Source: a virus (Duplodnaviria > Heunggongvirae > Uroviricota > Caudoviricetes). From it: a stretch of 20,934 nt of DNA. The notes beneath the pieces were generated by a model. The model was not told the DNA's origin. It saw only the letters and a program-made list of their open reading frames with translations, and searched no databases. The stretch's first letter is position 1. Each line of letters starts with the position of its first letter. The stretch is from the IMG/VR virus record IMGVR_UViG_2703718809_000015. One strand, given 5' to 3'. The translations under genes were made by a program, and so were the position numbers. Below, in pieces: positions 1 through 8,950 of this stretch.

Positions 1-207
1 TCAGTCAACCACCAGGGAATAATCCTTCGAATTCTTATCGTGCTTCACCAACGCTGCCTCAATTGCCCTGAATGCTTCCAGAGACACTTGATGTTCTATA
101 CATGCAATTACAACATCCGGATAACTCATAGAAATGGTGCTAGTGAGCATAGTTTTTACACGGACCTGATCCAAGGATGAGTCATCAGTGTATGGATCTT
201 TATGCAT
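1..207 (-). CDS. Hypothetical small protein (68 aa); complete ORF whose stop codon sits at the window start
   Basis: ATG at 205-207, stop at 1-3 on the minus strand; GGAG about 9 nt upstream of the ATG. No family recognised. Confidence 0.4.
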   Translation of the reverse strand: MHKDPYTDDSSLDQVRVKTMLTSTISMSYPDVVIACIEHQVSLEAFRAIEAALVKHDKNSKDYSLVVD

Positions 208-418
208 TTTGTCGCTCCATGCGTTTGCTCTTCACTTGCGGCTAAAAATATAACGTCAAATCACTCAGCATGAAAGTGTGAAAGTTTCAGCGCGTTTCCC
301 TTACATAATCTGTCGTTTGTATTCTCTCCAGGCATACCGGAAAGACTAGGTATTGTCACACAACCAATACCACCGACTATCGAGATTTATATCTATTCGG
401 TAATGTTTAAATATAACA

Positions 419-452
419 AAACCCCGTAAAAACGAGGTTTATGGGTAAATTG
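419..452 (-). terminator. Putative intrinsic terminator downstream of the gnsB-like gene
   Basis: Minus strand reads ACCTCGT-tttt-ACGGGGT (imperfect stem) followed by TTTTGTTATATTT. Confidence 0.35.
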
Positions 453-502
453 TATTGTTGAATAGCATCTGATAAGAAATTGATGCTAATACTATAAACA
501 TA

Positions 503-676
503 CTAGATTAAATCAATCTTGATATCATAGCTTTCAAGACCAGTCATTTTTTCCCGTGCAGTAAACTGGATACTGGTAACTTCTTTCCCGGTCTTTTTCT
601 TAAGCTCAATAATTTTTTTTGTTATATATTCAGAAATATCTGCTTCTGTTTTTGTTTTTAACTCTTCAATGTTCAT
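503..676 (-). CDS. gnsB: GnsA/GnsB-family small protein (57 aa)
   Basis: Translation MNIEELKTKTEADISEYITKKIIELKKKTGKEVTSIQFTAREKMTGLESYDIKIDLI matches my recollection of the GnsA/GnsB family and its 57-aa length. AGAGGA lies 5 nt upstream of the ATG at 674-676. The longer ORF in the track (to 769) is an upstream in-frame extension. Confidence 0.75.
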   Translation of the reverse strand: MNIEELKTKTEADISEYITKKIIELKKKTGKEVTSIQFTAREKMTGLESYDIKIDLI

Positions 677-848
677 CATTTCCTCTTTTAGTCTGTTATG
701 ACTTTCCTGGTACACAGTAGTGTCAATTATATGGAGCAAACGTATAAAAGATAAGATGAAACATCGCAATAATCAACATACGACAGTCTAAATTTCGCAC
801 AAACAGATAAAGATGATTATCCTTTATTATCAAGGCATTAGAATGAAA

Positions 849-1004
849 TCAATTCAAGAGTCTCATTGCTGCTTCCAGAATTTCTTCTGAAGTTACATGT
901 CGATCCGCTGCTACATAAATGACTTTATGATCTCCGGTCAGAGATGGAAACCCTGCAGCCATTACAGTGAGATGTGTTGTTTCGCCATTTGGATATTCAC
1001 GCAT
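849..1004 (-). CDS. Small prophage protein, YnfN-like by position (51 aa from the ATG at 1002-1004; alternative 76-aa start at 1079)
   Basis: ORF lies between cspI and gnsB-like genes, as ynfN does in the K-12 Qin prophage; 51-aa length matches my recollection of YnfN. No clear Shine-Dalgarno for either start, so the start is uncertain. Confidence 0.4.
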   Translation of the reverse strand: MREYPNGETTHLTVMAAGFPSLTGDHKVIYVAADRHVTSEEILEAAMRLLN

Positions 1005-1123
1005 GATGGTGTTAACTCCGGTCATCACTGGCACTACCATTGCTGGTTCAGAGTTAAAAAAAACTATTATTTTTTTCATGATGTTACCGTAATATGTGAG
1101 TATCCATCGACTAGACACTAAGC

Positions 1124-1155
1124 AAAAAAGCTCCCGAAGGAGCCTTCATTTTCAC
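1124..1155 (-). terminator. Intrinsic terminator (strong on the minus strand, weaker on plus) downstream of cspI
   Basis: Stem GCTCC-cgaa-GGAGC at 1130-1143; on the minus strand it is followed by TTTTTTG. Confidence 0.55.
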
Positions 1156-1350
1156 TTTCTTAAATCTAACGACAGACGGCTAACATTTAAGTATTGTGAA
1201 ATATTATCAAATGTAATCATCATTGATTTACAAAAGATACATTTTGCCCCGAAAGGATTCCTGTCAGAAACATCAAAAGATGATGTTCTATACTGAGAAC
1301 CATGGCAACACGGGCATCTAAAGTGAATATGGTTTGTAATATTTTCTACC

Positions 1351-1563
1351 TCAAAGTGCCACTACATGAACAGCCGCGGGGCCTTTAGGTCCGTTCTCAA
1401 TACCAAATTCGACTTGCTGATTCTCAGTTAACGTTTTGAAATCGTTGCTCTGAATAGCTGAGAAATGGACAAACACATCTTTGCTACCATCTTTCGGCGT
1501 GATGAAACCAAAACCTTTTTCAGGGTTAAACCATTTCACTAAACCAGTCATTTTGTTAGACAT
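1351..1563 (-). CDS. cspI: Cold-shock protein, CspA family (CspI-like, 70 aa)
   Basis: Translation [26 protein letters not shown]...[13 protein letters not shown] carries the RNP-1-like motif KGFGFI and VFVHF. Tandem ATGs at 1561-1566 with AAGG upstream. Long AT-rich 5' region at 1567-1930, typical of csp genes. Confidence 0.85.
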   Translation of the reverse strand: MSNKMTGLVKWFNPEKGFGFITPKDGSKDVFVHFSAIQSNDFKTLTENQQVEFGIENGPKGPAAVHVVAL

Positions 1564-1931
1564 CATTATTACCTTTTGAAGAAGTTAGCCCTTGGGCAGA
1601 ATGGTCCGAAAAAAATATCAGAGAGAAAAACCAACAAGGAAATCTCAAGAGGTACAAATAATAAAATTATAACAATGACTGCTTCAGATAATTTTGTAAC
1701 AAACCAGAACACCATTAACGCATGATTAACCAACCATAGCAAGGATTACTTTTGTAAAGAAAAACACACGAATGAAACAATAGCTTTATTTATTAATAAA
1801 ACGTGTCATTCTGTCTAATGACCTTTTATCTTACCCTTAAGATTTCAAGGATTTTGACTCATGGAAGAGTCCTTTTTATTTAAATTTCACATTCAGCACT
1901 AAAAATAATCCGATTTAATGTTAATCTACAT

Positions 1932-2953
<1,022 letters not shown>

Positions 2954-3058
2954 GGATATTTATCAGGATTTATCGGTTTCTGAACCCTGGATATGTTTAT
3001 CTGTCCCGGCCTGTTGAATCAGGCGGGGAAAAGGTAAAGACAATCAAGAGGATTATTT

Positions 3059-3331
3059 ATGGACAATAACACCATTTCTCTACAGGAGTTGCTCGACTGC
3101 ATTTCAAAGCTTCGGGATGATGTAAATGCCCTCACTGTTGCATTTTCATATTTGGCCTTATCAATTCCCAGAGAACAAATGCAACCAACACTGGCATCGC
3201 TCCTGCTTGAATCACGCAACCCCAAATGGTCCCAGGAACAACAAAATTCTTTCAAGTGGCTGGCGGCATTACTGGAAGAAAAATATGCTGGTAAAATTAC
3301 CATTTCGGTGGAGTCTTCAGAGAATCAGTAA
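3059..3331 (+). CDS. Hypothetical protein (90 aa) encoded antisense within the lysis cassette
   Basis: ATG at 3059 preceded by AGAGGA with 7-nt spacing; fills the otherwise empty 343-bp gap between the endolysin start and the YdfR-like stop; ordinary amino-acid composition. No family recognised. Confidence 0.4.
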   Translation: MDNNTISLQELLDCISKLRDDVNALTVAFSYLALSIPREQMQPTLASLLLESRNPKWSQEQQNSFKWLAALLEEKYAGKITISVESSENQ

Positions 3332-3641
3332 TTCTTCCTGGTGGCTTTCCTTTGTAGGTTATCCACACATTCTGCGCCTCTAAAATTATGGGGCGCTTTT
3401 CCGGCGACTGCTCATCCCCTACACATAACCCGGCAGCAACATCCAGGAATACCTGTCTGATTCTCATTCTGGCTGCTGCCTCATAAAACTCCAGCGCGGC
3501 ACCTTCAACACGGTCCAGCGAGATGTCCAGGTCAAAAATTTCACCGTCAAAGCGTTTTTTGTCCCGTAAGGCTACAGTTACCGCCACTTTATTCTCAAAA
3601 TTGCGGACTCCTTTCACAACCAGTTCATAGTCTTGTGTCAT
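3297..3641 (-). CDS. YdfR-like protein (114 aa from the ATG at 3639-3641) between holin and endolysin
   Basis: Occupies the position that ydfR holds between essQ and rrrQ in K-12 Qin. The track ORF begins at a TTG at 3662; the first ATG gives MTQDYELVVKG.... Confidence 0.5.
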   Translation of the reverse strand: MTQDYELVVKGVRNFENKVAVTVALRDKKRFDGEIFDLDISLDRVEGAALEFYEAAARMRIRQVFLDVAAGLCVGDEQSPEKRPIILEAQNVWITYKGKPPGRITDSLKTPPKW

Positions 3642-3645
3642 TGGA

Positions 3646-3861
3646 TTACTCTCTTCTCGCAACCTTACGCCTGTCTTCTTTAATCTTGAAATAAAGGTTT
3701 GTCAGATACGTCAGCAGGCCAAAAACCAGACTACCCAGCACACCGATTGCAGCCCACTGTGACGGAGTTACTTTATCGAGTAACTGCAATGCCCAGAAAC
3801 CAGCATTACCAGCCGATGTGCCATAGGCGATACCTGTTGTTAACTTATCCATTGATTTCAT
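3646..3861 (-). CDS. Class II holin / pinholin (S21-like), 71 aa, dual-start motif
   Basis: Translation [71 protein letters not shown]: two transmembrane helices, charged C-terminus, Met1-Lys-Ser-Met4 dual start as in phage 21 S. Upstream of a SAR endolysin. Confidence 0.85.
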   Translation of the reverse strand: MKSMDKLTTGIAYGTSAGNAGFWALQLLDKVTPSQWAAIGVLGSLVFGLLTYLTNLYFKIKEDRRKVARRE

Positions 3862-4079
3862 ATCCTCACCCCGATGTACACAGATGGTGCAATATGTTTG
3901 AAAAGATCGGAGTCTATGGGGTAGTTTTTATAGCAAACGTTGTTCTCAACGGCGCTAAAAAACAGACACATTAAAAATGTGGGTAATTATTTTAAAAGAA
4001 AATCATATATTAAATAATAATACGAGATATGTTTTCATATTTAGTGTACTGTATACGGCCATTTATACAGGAAAAGCCT

Positions 4080-4250
4080 ATGTCAGAACGTAAAGACTCA
4101 AAATCACGCCGTAATTATCTCGTTAAATGTTCCTGCCCAAACTGCACCCAAGAGTCAGAACACAGTTTTTCAAGAGTACAAAAAGGTGCCCTTTTGATCT
4201 GCCCTCATTGCAACAAAGTATTCCAGACAAATCTTAAAGCTGTAGCTTGA
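4080..4250 (+). CDS. Small zinc-ribbon protein (56 aa), possibly YnfU-like
   Basis: Translation MSERKDSKSRRNYLVKCSCPNCTQESEHSFSRVQKGALLICPHCNKVFQTNLKAVA has two CxxC pairs (CPNC, CPHC). AGGAAAA precedes the ATG at 4080; a terminator follows. Confidence 0.55.
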   Translation: MSERKDSKSRRNYLVKCSCPNCTQESEHSFSRVQKGALLICPHCNKVFQTNLKAVA

Positions 4251-4309
4251 TTGATTTTATTCGTAACAAGTATTTTTTATATTTTAATAACATATTTAAA
4301 GCAGATAAT

Positions 4310-4338
4310 AAAAAACCCGCCTGAGCGGGTTTAATATT
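4310..4338. terminator. Bidirectional intrinsic terminator
   Basis: A-run, stem ACCCGC-ctga-GCGGGT, then T-rich sequence on both strands (TTTTTTATTAT on the minus strand). Confidence 0.55.
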
Positions 4339-4613
4339 GTGGTACTTTTTGTGGGAGTCATCCACTTACGCACTTTGTTTTGCTATGCCAGCAGTTAGCT
4401 TCTGCTGTAAAACTATTCATGCAGCAAACCTGCACTTCACCACAATGGTTAGCATACTTTTCCTGATTAAGTTATTGCCAAATATGCTGGCCATTGTTTC
4501 ATGTATTGGACCTCCTTACTATTTATTAAAGAGATCCAATATTCACCACTCTGTCTGTATCTCCACTCAGGCATCAGCCTTCTTCGTTATCGTATACAGA
4601 CAAACTATGAATT

Positions 4614-4829
4614 TTAATCAGTAATTATGACATTTGCTGCTGCAGGACCTTTAGCACCACTCTCTACAGAGAAGGTAACCTTTTGACCTTCAAATAAGGT
4701 TCGATAATTATCATTCTGAATCGCAGAAAAATGCACAAACACATCTTTACTACCATCAACAGGAGAAATAAAGCCAAAACCTTTATCAGCGTTAAACCAT
4801 TTTACTAAACCAGTCATTTTATTTGACAT
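4614..4829 (-). CDS. cspB: Cold-shock protein, CspA family (CspB-like, 71 aa)
   Basis: Translation [71 protein letters not shown]; divergent from the cspF/H-like gene, as cspB-cspF are in Qin. Confidence 0.85.
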   Translation of the reverse strand: MSNKMTGLVKWFNADKGFGFISPVDGSKDVFVHFSAIQNDNYRTLFEGQKVTFSVESGAKGPAAANVIITD

Positions 4830-5129
4830 TCTACATTCCTTAACTTGAGCCTTTCGGCATAAATGGCTTGTATAACAGAAACGACTTCGTACTTAATTGG
4901 AGAGACTCAAAGAAGGAATAAGTGAATAACACCTGAAATGAGAACTGCTTTAGTAAACTACTTCGTATATCGTCTGTTCTTCAAACCGACGCAATCATTA
5001 ACGCATAGTTGAACATATGAAGCAATGTTTATTTTAGACATCCAGCCATCTTCAACCCCATCAAAAAACTATAGCTTTCTTCAGGAACGTGTGTATAGTG
5101 CGCCAAGTTATCAGTATTAAGGAATTTTT

Positions 5130-5342
5130 TTGTCCCGTAAAATGACAGGAATTCTCAAAACCTTTGACGGCAAAAGCGGCAAAGGTCTTATAACCCCATC
5201 CGATGGTCGTATCGATGTCCAGCTTCATGTTTCAGCGCTCAATCTCCGCGATGCAGAAGAAATTACCACCGGATTACGCGTGGAATTTTGCCGGATAAAT
5301 GGTCTGCGTGGACCATCAGCTGCCAATGTTTACCTTTCATGA
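5130..5342 (+). CDS. cspF: Cold-shock-domain protein of the CspF/CspH subfamily (70 aa), apparent TTG start
   Basis: Translation [70 protein letters not shown]. First codon is TTG at 5130, preceded by AGGAA. The cspF versus cspH assignment rests on position only. Confidence 0.8.
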   Translation: MSRKMTGILKTFDGKSGKGLITPSDGRIDVQLHVSALNLRDAEEITTGLRVEFCRINGLRGPSAANVYLS

Positions 5343-5396
5343 GCTATATTAAAGCTTTAACTTCAAGCCCCATCGAATCAAACATGGAGAGTTTTC

Positions 5397-5486
5397 ATGA
5401 ATAAACCCGTCTGTCTTGATGACTGGTTGATTGGCTTTAAAAGCTTATGCTGTACTTTGACCTTAATAGCTCTGCTAATAATGTAA
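5397..5486 (+). CDS. Candidate small protein (29 aa, hydrophobic C-terminus)
   Basis: ATG at 5397 preceded by GGAGAG with about 6-nt spacing; translation [29 protein letters not shown]; immediately downstream of the cspF-like gene. Below the length cutoff of the ORF track. Confidence 0.3.
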   Translation: MNKPVCLDDWLIGFKSLCCTLTLIALLIM

Positions 5487-5635
5487 TAAGCAGACTCATT
5501 GTATCTATGGACATTGTACTGGAAGAAAACATTTTAAACATCAGGCAAAAAACAAAGTCACCCGATAAATAATAAGTAAACTAACATGAATCCCGTAATG
5601 AGATTCAACATCTCTATTACCCTATTTAAAGCACA

Positions 5636-5669
5636 AAAACCCGCTCATCAGCGGGTTTTCTACTTTTTC
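5636..5669. terminator. Bidirectional intrinsic terminator; on the minus strand a candidate tR' after the short pR' transcript
   Basis: A-run, stem CCCGCT-catc-AGCGGG, then TTTTCTACTTTTTC. Confidence 0.6.
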
Positions 5670-5699
5670 TTAACTTCGGGTATACAAAGCCCATCGTTG

Positions 5700-5740
5700 A
5701 AAAAATTTTATCCATATTTTTTGAAAAATGCAAGCATCAC
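5700..5740 (-). promoter_or_regulatory. Putative late promoter pR' (and likely qut region) just downstream of Q
   Basis: Minus strand reads TTGCAT, 17 nt, TAAAAT (-35 at 5728-5733, -10 at 5705-5710), starting about 30 nt after the Q stop; the terminator lies roughly 50-60 nt downstream. Confidence 0.4.
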
Positions 5741-5764
5741 GTCGCCATCTTCGGCGAAAATCAC

Positions 5765-6517
5765 TTATCTCGTCACCTTTCTCAATTGTGCTTCAGCGTA
5801 AGATTCCTCCTGCCAGCACTTTGTAACCAGTTTATCAATGACATTTGCATATCCTTTATACCACTGATAATCACTCAGGTCCGGTACCAGCTTCTGGACA
5901 TGATGCCGCGCCAGTGTGGTTGGTAAACGACTAAACCGTTTTCCATTGCAACGCCCACAAATCTTATAAACAGGTGTGCCATGAAGCCGGGTCCTTTTTT
6001 CATCCAGGACAATACCTTTACCCTTACACCCTCTGCACGCTGTGCTGACTTCTCCCTTACCATGGCAATGCTGACATAGTTCCTTCACCCACTCTTCTTT
6101 GATAACAGATTCCCCGCTTCTGGAGTGTTTCACCACTTCGCGCAATACATTATGAAATCCAGTACCAGCACAATGCTCACAACGAGCCTTACTTGCCGCA
6201 GACCTGGAATAATCAGCAAAGGCAAAATTCACAAGGTAAGGAATAATCTGTAGCCGGGTTTCTTCACTCAATTTATTCAATGTCGGGTTATCCAGTGCCA
6301 TCGCGTAATTGAGCAGACCTTCAATCGCAAACTGAGGATCCTGAACACCAACTTTTGCCAGGAATAAGGCAAACCCAAGCGGTGCTTTCGACTGCACCAT
6401 CCCCTGCGCAGCCATCACATCCGTAATCGTTAAACCACCAGAGCCTGTCGCCGGTGCGTCATCACTCAATTTTGGAGATTTTGGGGAGTAATATTTTGGT
6501 AAGGCTTCAAGGTTCAT
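5765..6517 (-). CDS. Late-gene antiterminator Q (phage 21/82-type, zinc-binding), 250 aa
   Basis: Multiple CxxC motifs (CEHCAGTG, CQHCHGKG, CRGCKGKG, CGRCNGKR); 250 aa, the length of QuuQ in Qin; GGAG 8 nt upstream of the ATG; followed by a promoter-terminator pair. Confidence 0.75.
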   Translation of the reverse strand: MNLEALPKYYSPKSPKLSDDAPATGSGGLTITDVMAAQGMVQSKAPLGFALFLAKVGVQDPQFAIEGLLNYAMALDNPTLNKLSEETRLQIIPYLVNFAFADYSRSAASKARCEHCAGTGFHNVLREVVKHSRSGESVIKEEWVKELCQHCHGKGEVSTACRGCKGKGIVLDEKRTRLHGTPVYKICGRCNGKRFSRLPTTLARHHVQKLVPDLSDYQWYKGYANVIDKLVTKCWQEESYAEAQLRKVTR

Positions 6518-6530
6518 GCTCGTTCTCCAC

Positions 6531-7526
6531 TTACGCCAGTACGCCTATTGCCAGCGCACGATCGATAAAACGAAATATCAGCTCCAGCTGGGAGCCATAC
6601 TTCTCTTCAAATGCCACGGTATCCGCATGCAGCTCGTCGTGATGCTTTCTGCACAAAGGCAACACAAAAAGGTCATGCGCTTTTGTACCCATTCCCCCCT
6701 GACCGTGGCCTATCAGGTGGTGGGGATCATCAGCAGGTTTTCCACAACATGCGCACGGCTGCGTCTTAACCCAGCGCGTGTACTTTTCATTAACCCAGCG
6801 GTGACGTTTTGGGCGTAACATAAAAGACTCCGGCGACTCCGGATCCACTTTCAGCGCCAGCACCTTTTTCGCCTTATCCTGGATGATGCTGGTGGCAGGA
6901 ACCGAAGGCACAAGGTCACTTTCCCGGGTAACAGACGGCACAACAGGCTTCGGTAATCTCAGTGCCTTACGGGCTGCACTTTCCGGTAAGGCATCCGCCA
7001 GATCATTACGAATCAGCCACCAGCACAGTTCCGGCATTGTCACAACATGACTGTCATCAAAACCGAGATCCCGACGCACAACAGACAACACCCAGCGGGC
7101 ACAGTTATCCGTTGCCATTGATTCCAGCCGTTCCGTGAACTGATCGCGCAGCTGGTTATCGCAGTGCCAGCACAGACGGATTGCGCCCGGAGCGTGTCGC
7201 ATTGTTGTCATGTTCTCGCTGTGCCAGTCGGAATGAGGCCACTGGCAGCCTTTTTCACGAAGTAACCAGCTTTCAAGACATTCCACGCCACCAGCACGAC
7301 GGATCACTGCCTCATTGCGGAACACGGCCCGAACGGCAGGATCATCCGCCAGCGGTTGTGATGCCGCCGGAACGGCACCACTGGCGAAAGATGAATAACG
7401 TTCCGGCTCAGGCTCCAGCAGGACACGCCCCTGCATAAACAAGGGCATCAGCTCTGAACCTGGTCTGAACAATACGATCCCCATACGCGGGGCAATTTCA
7501 GGGGTCAGTAGTGCTCTCACGGTCAC
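6531..7526 (-). CDS. DUF968-family protein (YdfU-like), C-terminal Cys/His-rich HNH-like motif; start uncertain (GTG at 7526)
   Basis: C-terminus QPCACCGKPADDPHHLIGHGQGGMGTKAHDLFVLPLCRKHHDELH; sits immediately upstream of Q on the same strand, as ydfU does in Qin. Confidence 0.6.
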   Translation of the reverse strand: MTVRALLTPEIAPRMGIVLFRPGSELMPLFMQGRVLLEPEPERYSSFASGAVPAASQPLADDPAVRAVFRNEAVIRRAGGVECLESWLLREKGCQWPHSDWHSENMTTMRHAPGAIRLCWHCDNQLRDQFTERLESMATDNCARWVLSVVRRDLGFDDSHVVTMPELCWWLIRNDLADALPESAARKALRLPKPVVPSVTRESDLVPSVPATSIIQDKAKKVLALKVDPESPESFMLRPKRHRWVNEKYTRWVKTQPCACCGKPADDPHHLIGHGQGGMGTKAHDLFVLPLCRKHHDELHADTVAFEEKYGSQLELIFRFIDRALAIGVLA

Positions 7527-7527
7527 C

Positions 7528-8343
7528 TCAATGAACGGTATCGAGCAGCTTTAACAGCTCAGGGAATCGGGATTCGAAGAAATGCGGCTGCGTCTCGCGC
7601 GGATTTGCAGGACTGGTGATGTTCTTGCCGAACATGCAGCCTTTCGCGGTCAGCGACCAGAATTTTTTGATGTTGTTAATCGCGGTACGACTGTATCGTT
7701 CGCGTTGTTCAACGATCCCCAGCTTCGCCATCTGGTGATATGCCTGATTAGCCGTCAGGCGGATACCATACTGCTTCAGCAGTGCACTCAGCGACAGCGT
7801 AGGGCGGCTTGAACCATCTGGCGCATCAGCAGGTGCATCAATGGCATAGATCGGCATAAGTTCAGGAAGACCAGCTACCTTTGATAATTTCTGGTATGCA
7901 CCAAGTTTCGAGGAGTTTGACAGATTTAGAGTCTTTGCTGCTGATTCAAGCAGAATGACCCCGGATTTAATTTTGTCGGATGTGGTTTCTTCTGGTGATG
8001 AATTATGAAGCGCATCAAAAGTACGTATCACTTTTAAGCTGAATGCCGGGCTGATCCACATTGCATATGCATAGACCAGCTCTTTACAGACATACGTCCC
8101 ACCATTGCGCCCCTGAATGGTGATGACAGGAATACTACGGGAATCTCCCGTAGTTTCTTCTTCCAATAATTCCACAAGAGCCTTCGTTTCAGGACGACGC
8201 ATAAACTCGTGAACTTCCAGCGAACGGGAGGAGCGATTCTCACCAGCGGCAAGAAGAGCAGCTTTCTGAAGGTCGTTAAGACAGTAGTTAGATTCGAAGT
8301 ACTGGCGCACAGAAACGCCATCAATTACAAGCAACTGATTCAT
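7528..8343 (-). CDS. KilA-N domain protein (candidate antirepressor-like), about 271 aa from the ATG at 8341-8343
   Basis: N-terminus MNQLLVIDGVSVRQYFESNYCLNDLQKAALLAAG... resembles the KilA-N/APSES-type fold. GGAG about 6 nt upstream of the ATG; the track ORF starts at an upstream GTG. Confidence 0.6.
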   Translation of the reverse strand: MNQLLVIDGVSVRQYFESNYCLNDLQKAALLAAGENRSSRSLEVHEFMRRPETKALVELLEEETTGDSRSIPVITIQGRNGGTYVCKELVYAYAMWISPAFSLKVIRTFDALHNSSPEETTSDKIKSGVILLESAAKTLNLSNSSKLGAYQKLSKVAGLPELMPIYAIDAPADAPDGSSRPTLSLSALLKQYGIRLTANQAYHQMAKLGIVEQRERYSRTAINNIKKFWSLTAKGCMFGKNITSPANPRETQPHFFESRFPELLKLLDTVH

Positions 8344-8440
8344 TGGTTTCTCCACAAATTTTTATCCACGAGCGGGACTGCACTCCCTTTTCGTTGATGC
8401 AGGATGAACTTACTGCGATTTTTAATAGTTATCAAGGATA

Positions 8441-8460
8441 CACTGTTCATAAATACAGTA
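8441..8460. promoter_or_regulatory. Canonical LexA (SOS) box upstream of the KilA-N gene
   Basis: CACTGTTCATAAATACAGTA fits CTGT-N8-ACAG exactly. It sits just downstream of a candidate minus-strand promoter (TTGAGC at 8495-8500, 17 nt, TATTAC at 8472-8477). Confidence 0.5.
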
Positions 8461-8505
8461 TCTTTAACGAGGTAATACCCAAATTTAGGGTGTTGCTCAA
8501 TTCCG

Positions 8506-8950
8506 TTACCGAGTTGCTAATTTGCAACTCGCTTTTTCGTACTTACTGATAGTGATCTCGACCTTCCCCTCCGGGATAACCGGTCCCCACTCCACCAGCA
8601 TTCTTTTCACCTGACTGTCGTCTTCCCACACACCCGCGTGGGTCAGGACGTCAAACAGCGCCTTGTTATAGTTGTCCAAGATCGCGGATCCGGTTATCCG
8701 GAGGAAACAACACGATCTCCACTGAAGCAGGTGCCGACGTTGGTTTTGGCAGACGACGTAACTGCTCAACTATTGCTGCGCACGCCGCGCTCTGGAATTT
8801 GCGCCCCGCCGCGCTCTGGAATTTGCGCCCCGCCGCGCTCTGGAATTTGCGCCCCGCCGCGCTTATCAGGCTCTTACCTGCAAACGCCCCTTTGTTGGGG
8901 TGTCGCCAGTACGTGTTCACGCTGGGCGGAAAAGGCAGGATCAGCTTCAT
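8506..8950 (-). pseudogene. rusA: rusA-like Holliday-junction resolvase, frameshifted, with an in-frame triplicated 24-bp repeat
   Basis: N-terminal part MKLILPFPPSVNTYWRH...PPDNRIRDL (ORF 8666-8950) and C-terminal part LDNYNKALFDVLTHAGVWEDDSQV... (ORF 8506-8769) are in different frames. A GG at about 8676-8677 where a single G would restore RIRDLDNYNK (the catalytic acidic motif region) is the apparent +1 insertion. Confidence 0.75.
8784..8864. repeat. Perfect tandem repeat, 24 bp x 3 plus a partial fourth copy, inside rusA
   Basis: GCCGCGCTCTGGAATTTGCGCCCC at 8784-8807, 8808-8831 and 8832-8855, then GCCGCGCT; encodes SAAGRKFQ three times on the minus strand. Confidence 0.9.

Noticed and set aside
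3019-3303. Minus-strand 94-aa ORF overlapping the plus-strand ORF at 3059-3331
   Set aside because: Cys/Ser-rich composition and no ribosome-binding site; the plus-strand frame has the strong Shine-Dalgarno and more protein-like sequence.
6454-7812. Plus-strand ORFs (6454-6642, 6516-6818, 7181-7438, 7582-7812) antisense to the Q, DUF968 and KilA-N genes
   Set aside because: Shadow frames opposite well-supported minus-strand genes, with no start signals.
8511-8537. Palindrome GAGTTGC-taattt-GCAACTC followed by GCTTTTTCG, considered as a plus-strand terminator or operator
   Set aside because: It lies inside the 3' end of the rusA reading frame and there is no plus-strand gene upstream to terminate; noted only as a possible protein-binding palindrome.
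8784-8864. Tandem 24-bp repeat considered as a CRISPR-like array
   Set aside because: Copies are directly adjacent with no spacers, only three copies, and in frame within rusA; this is a coding tandem duplication.
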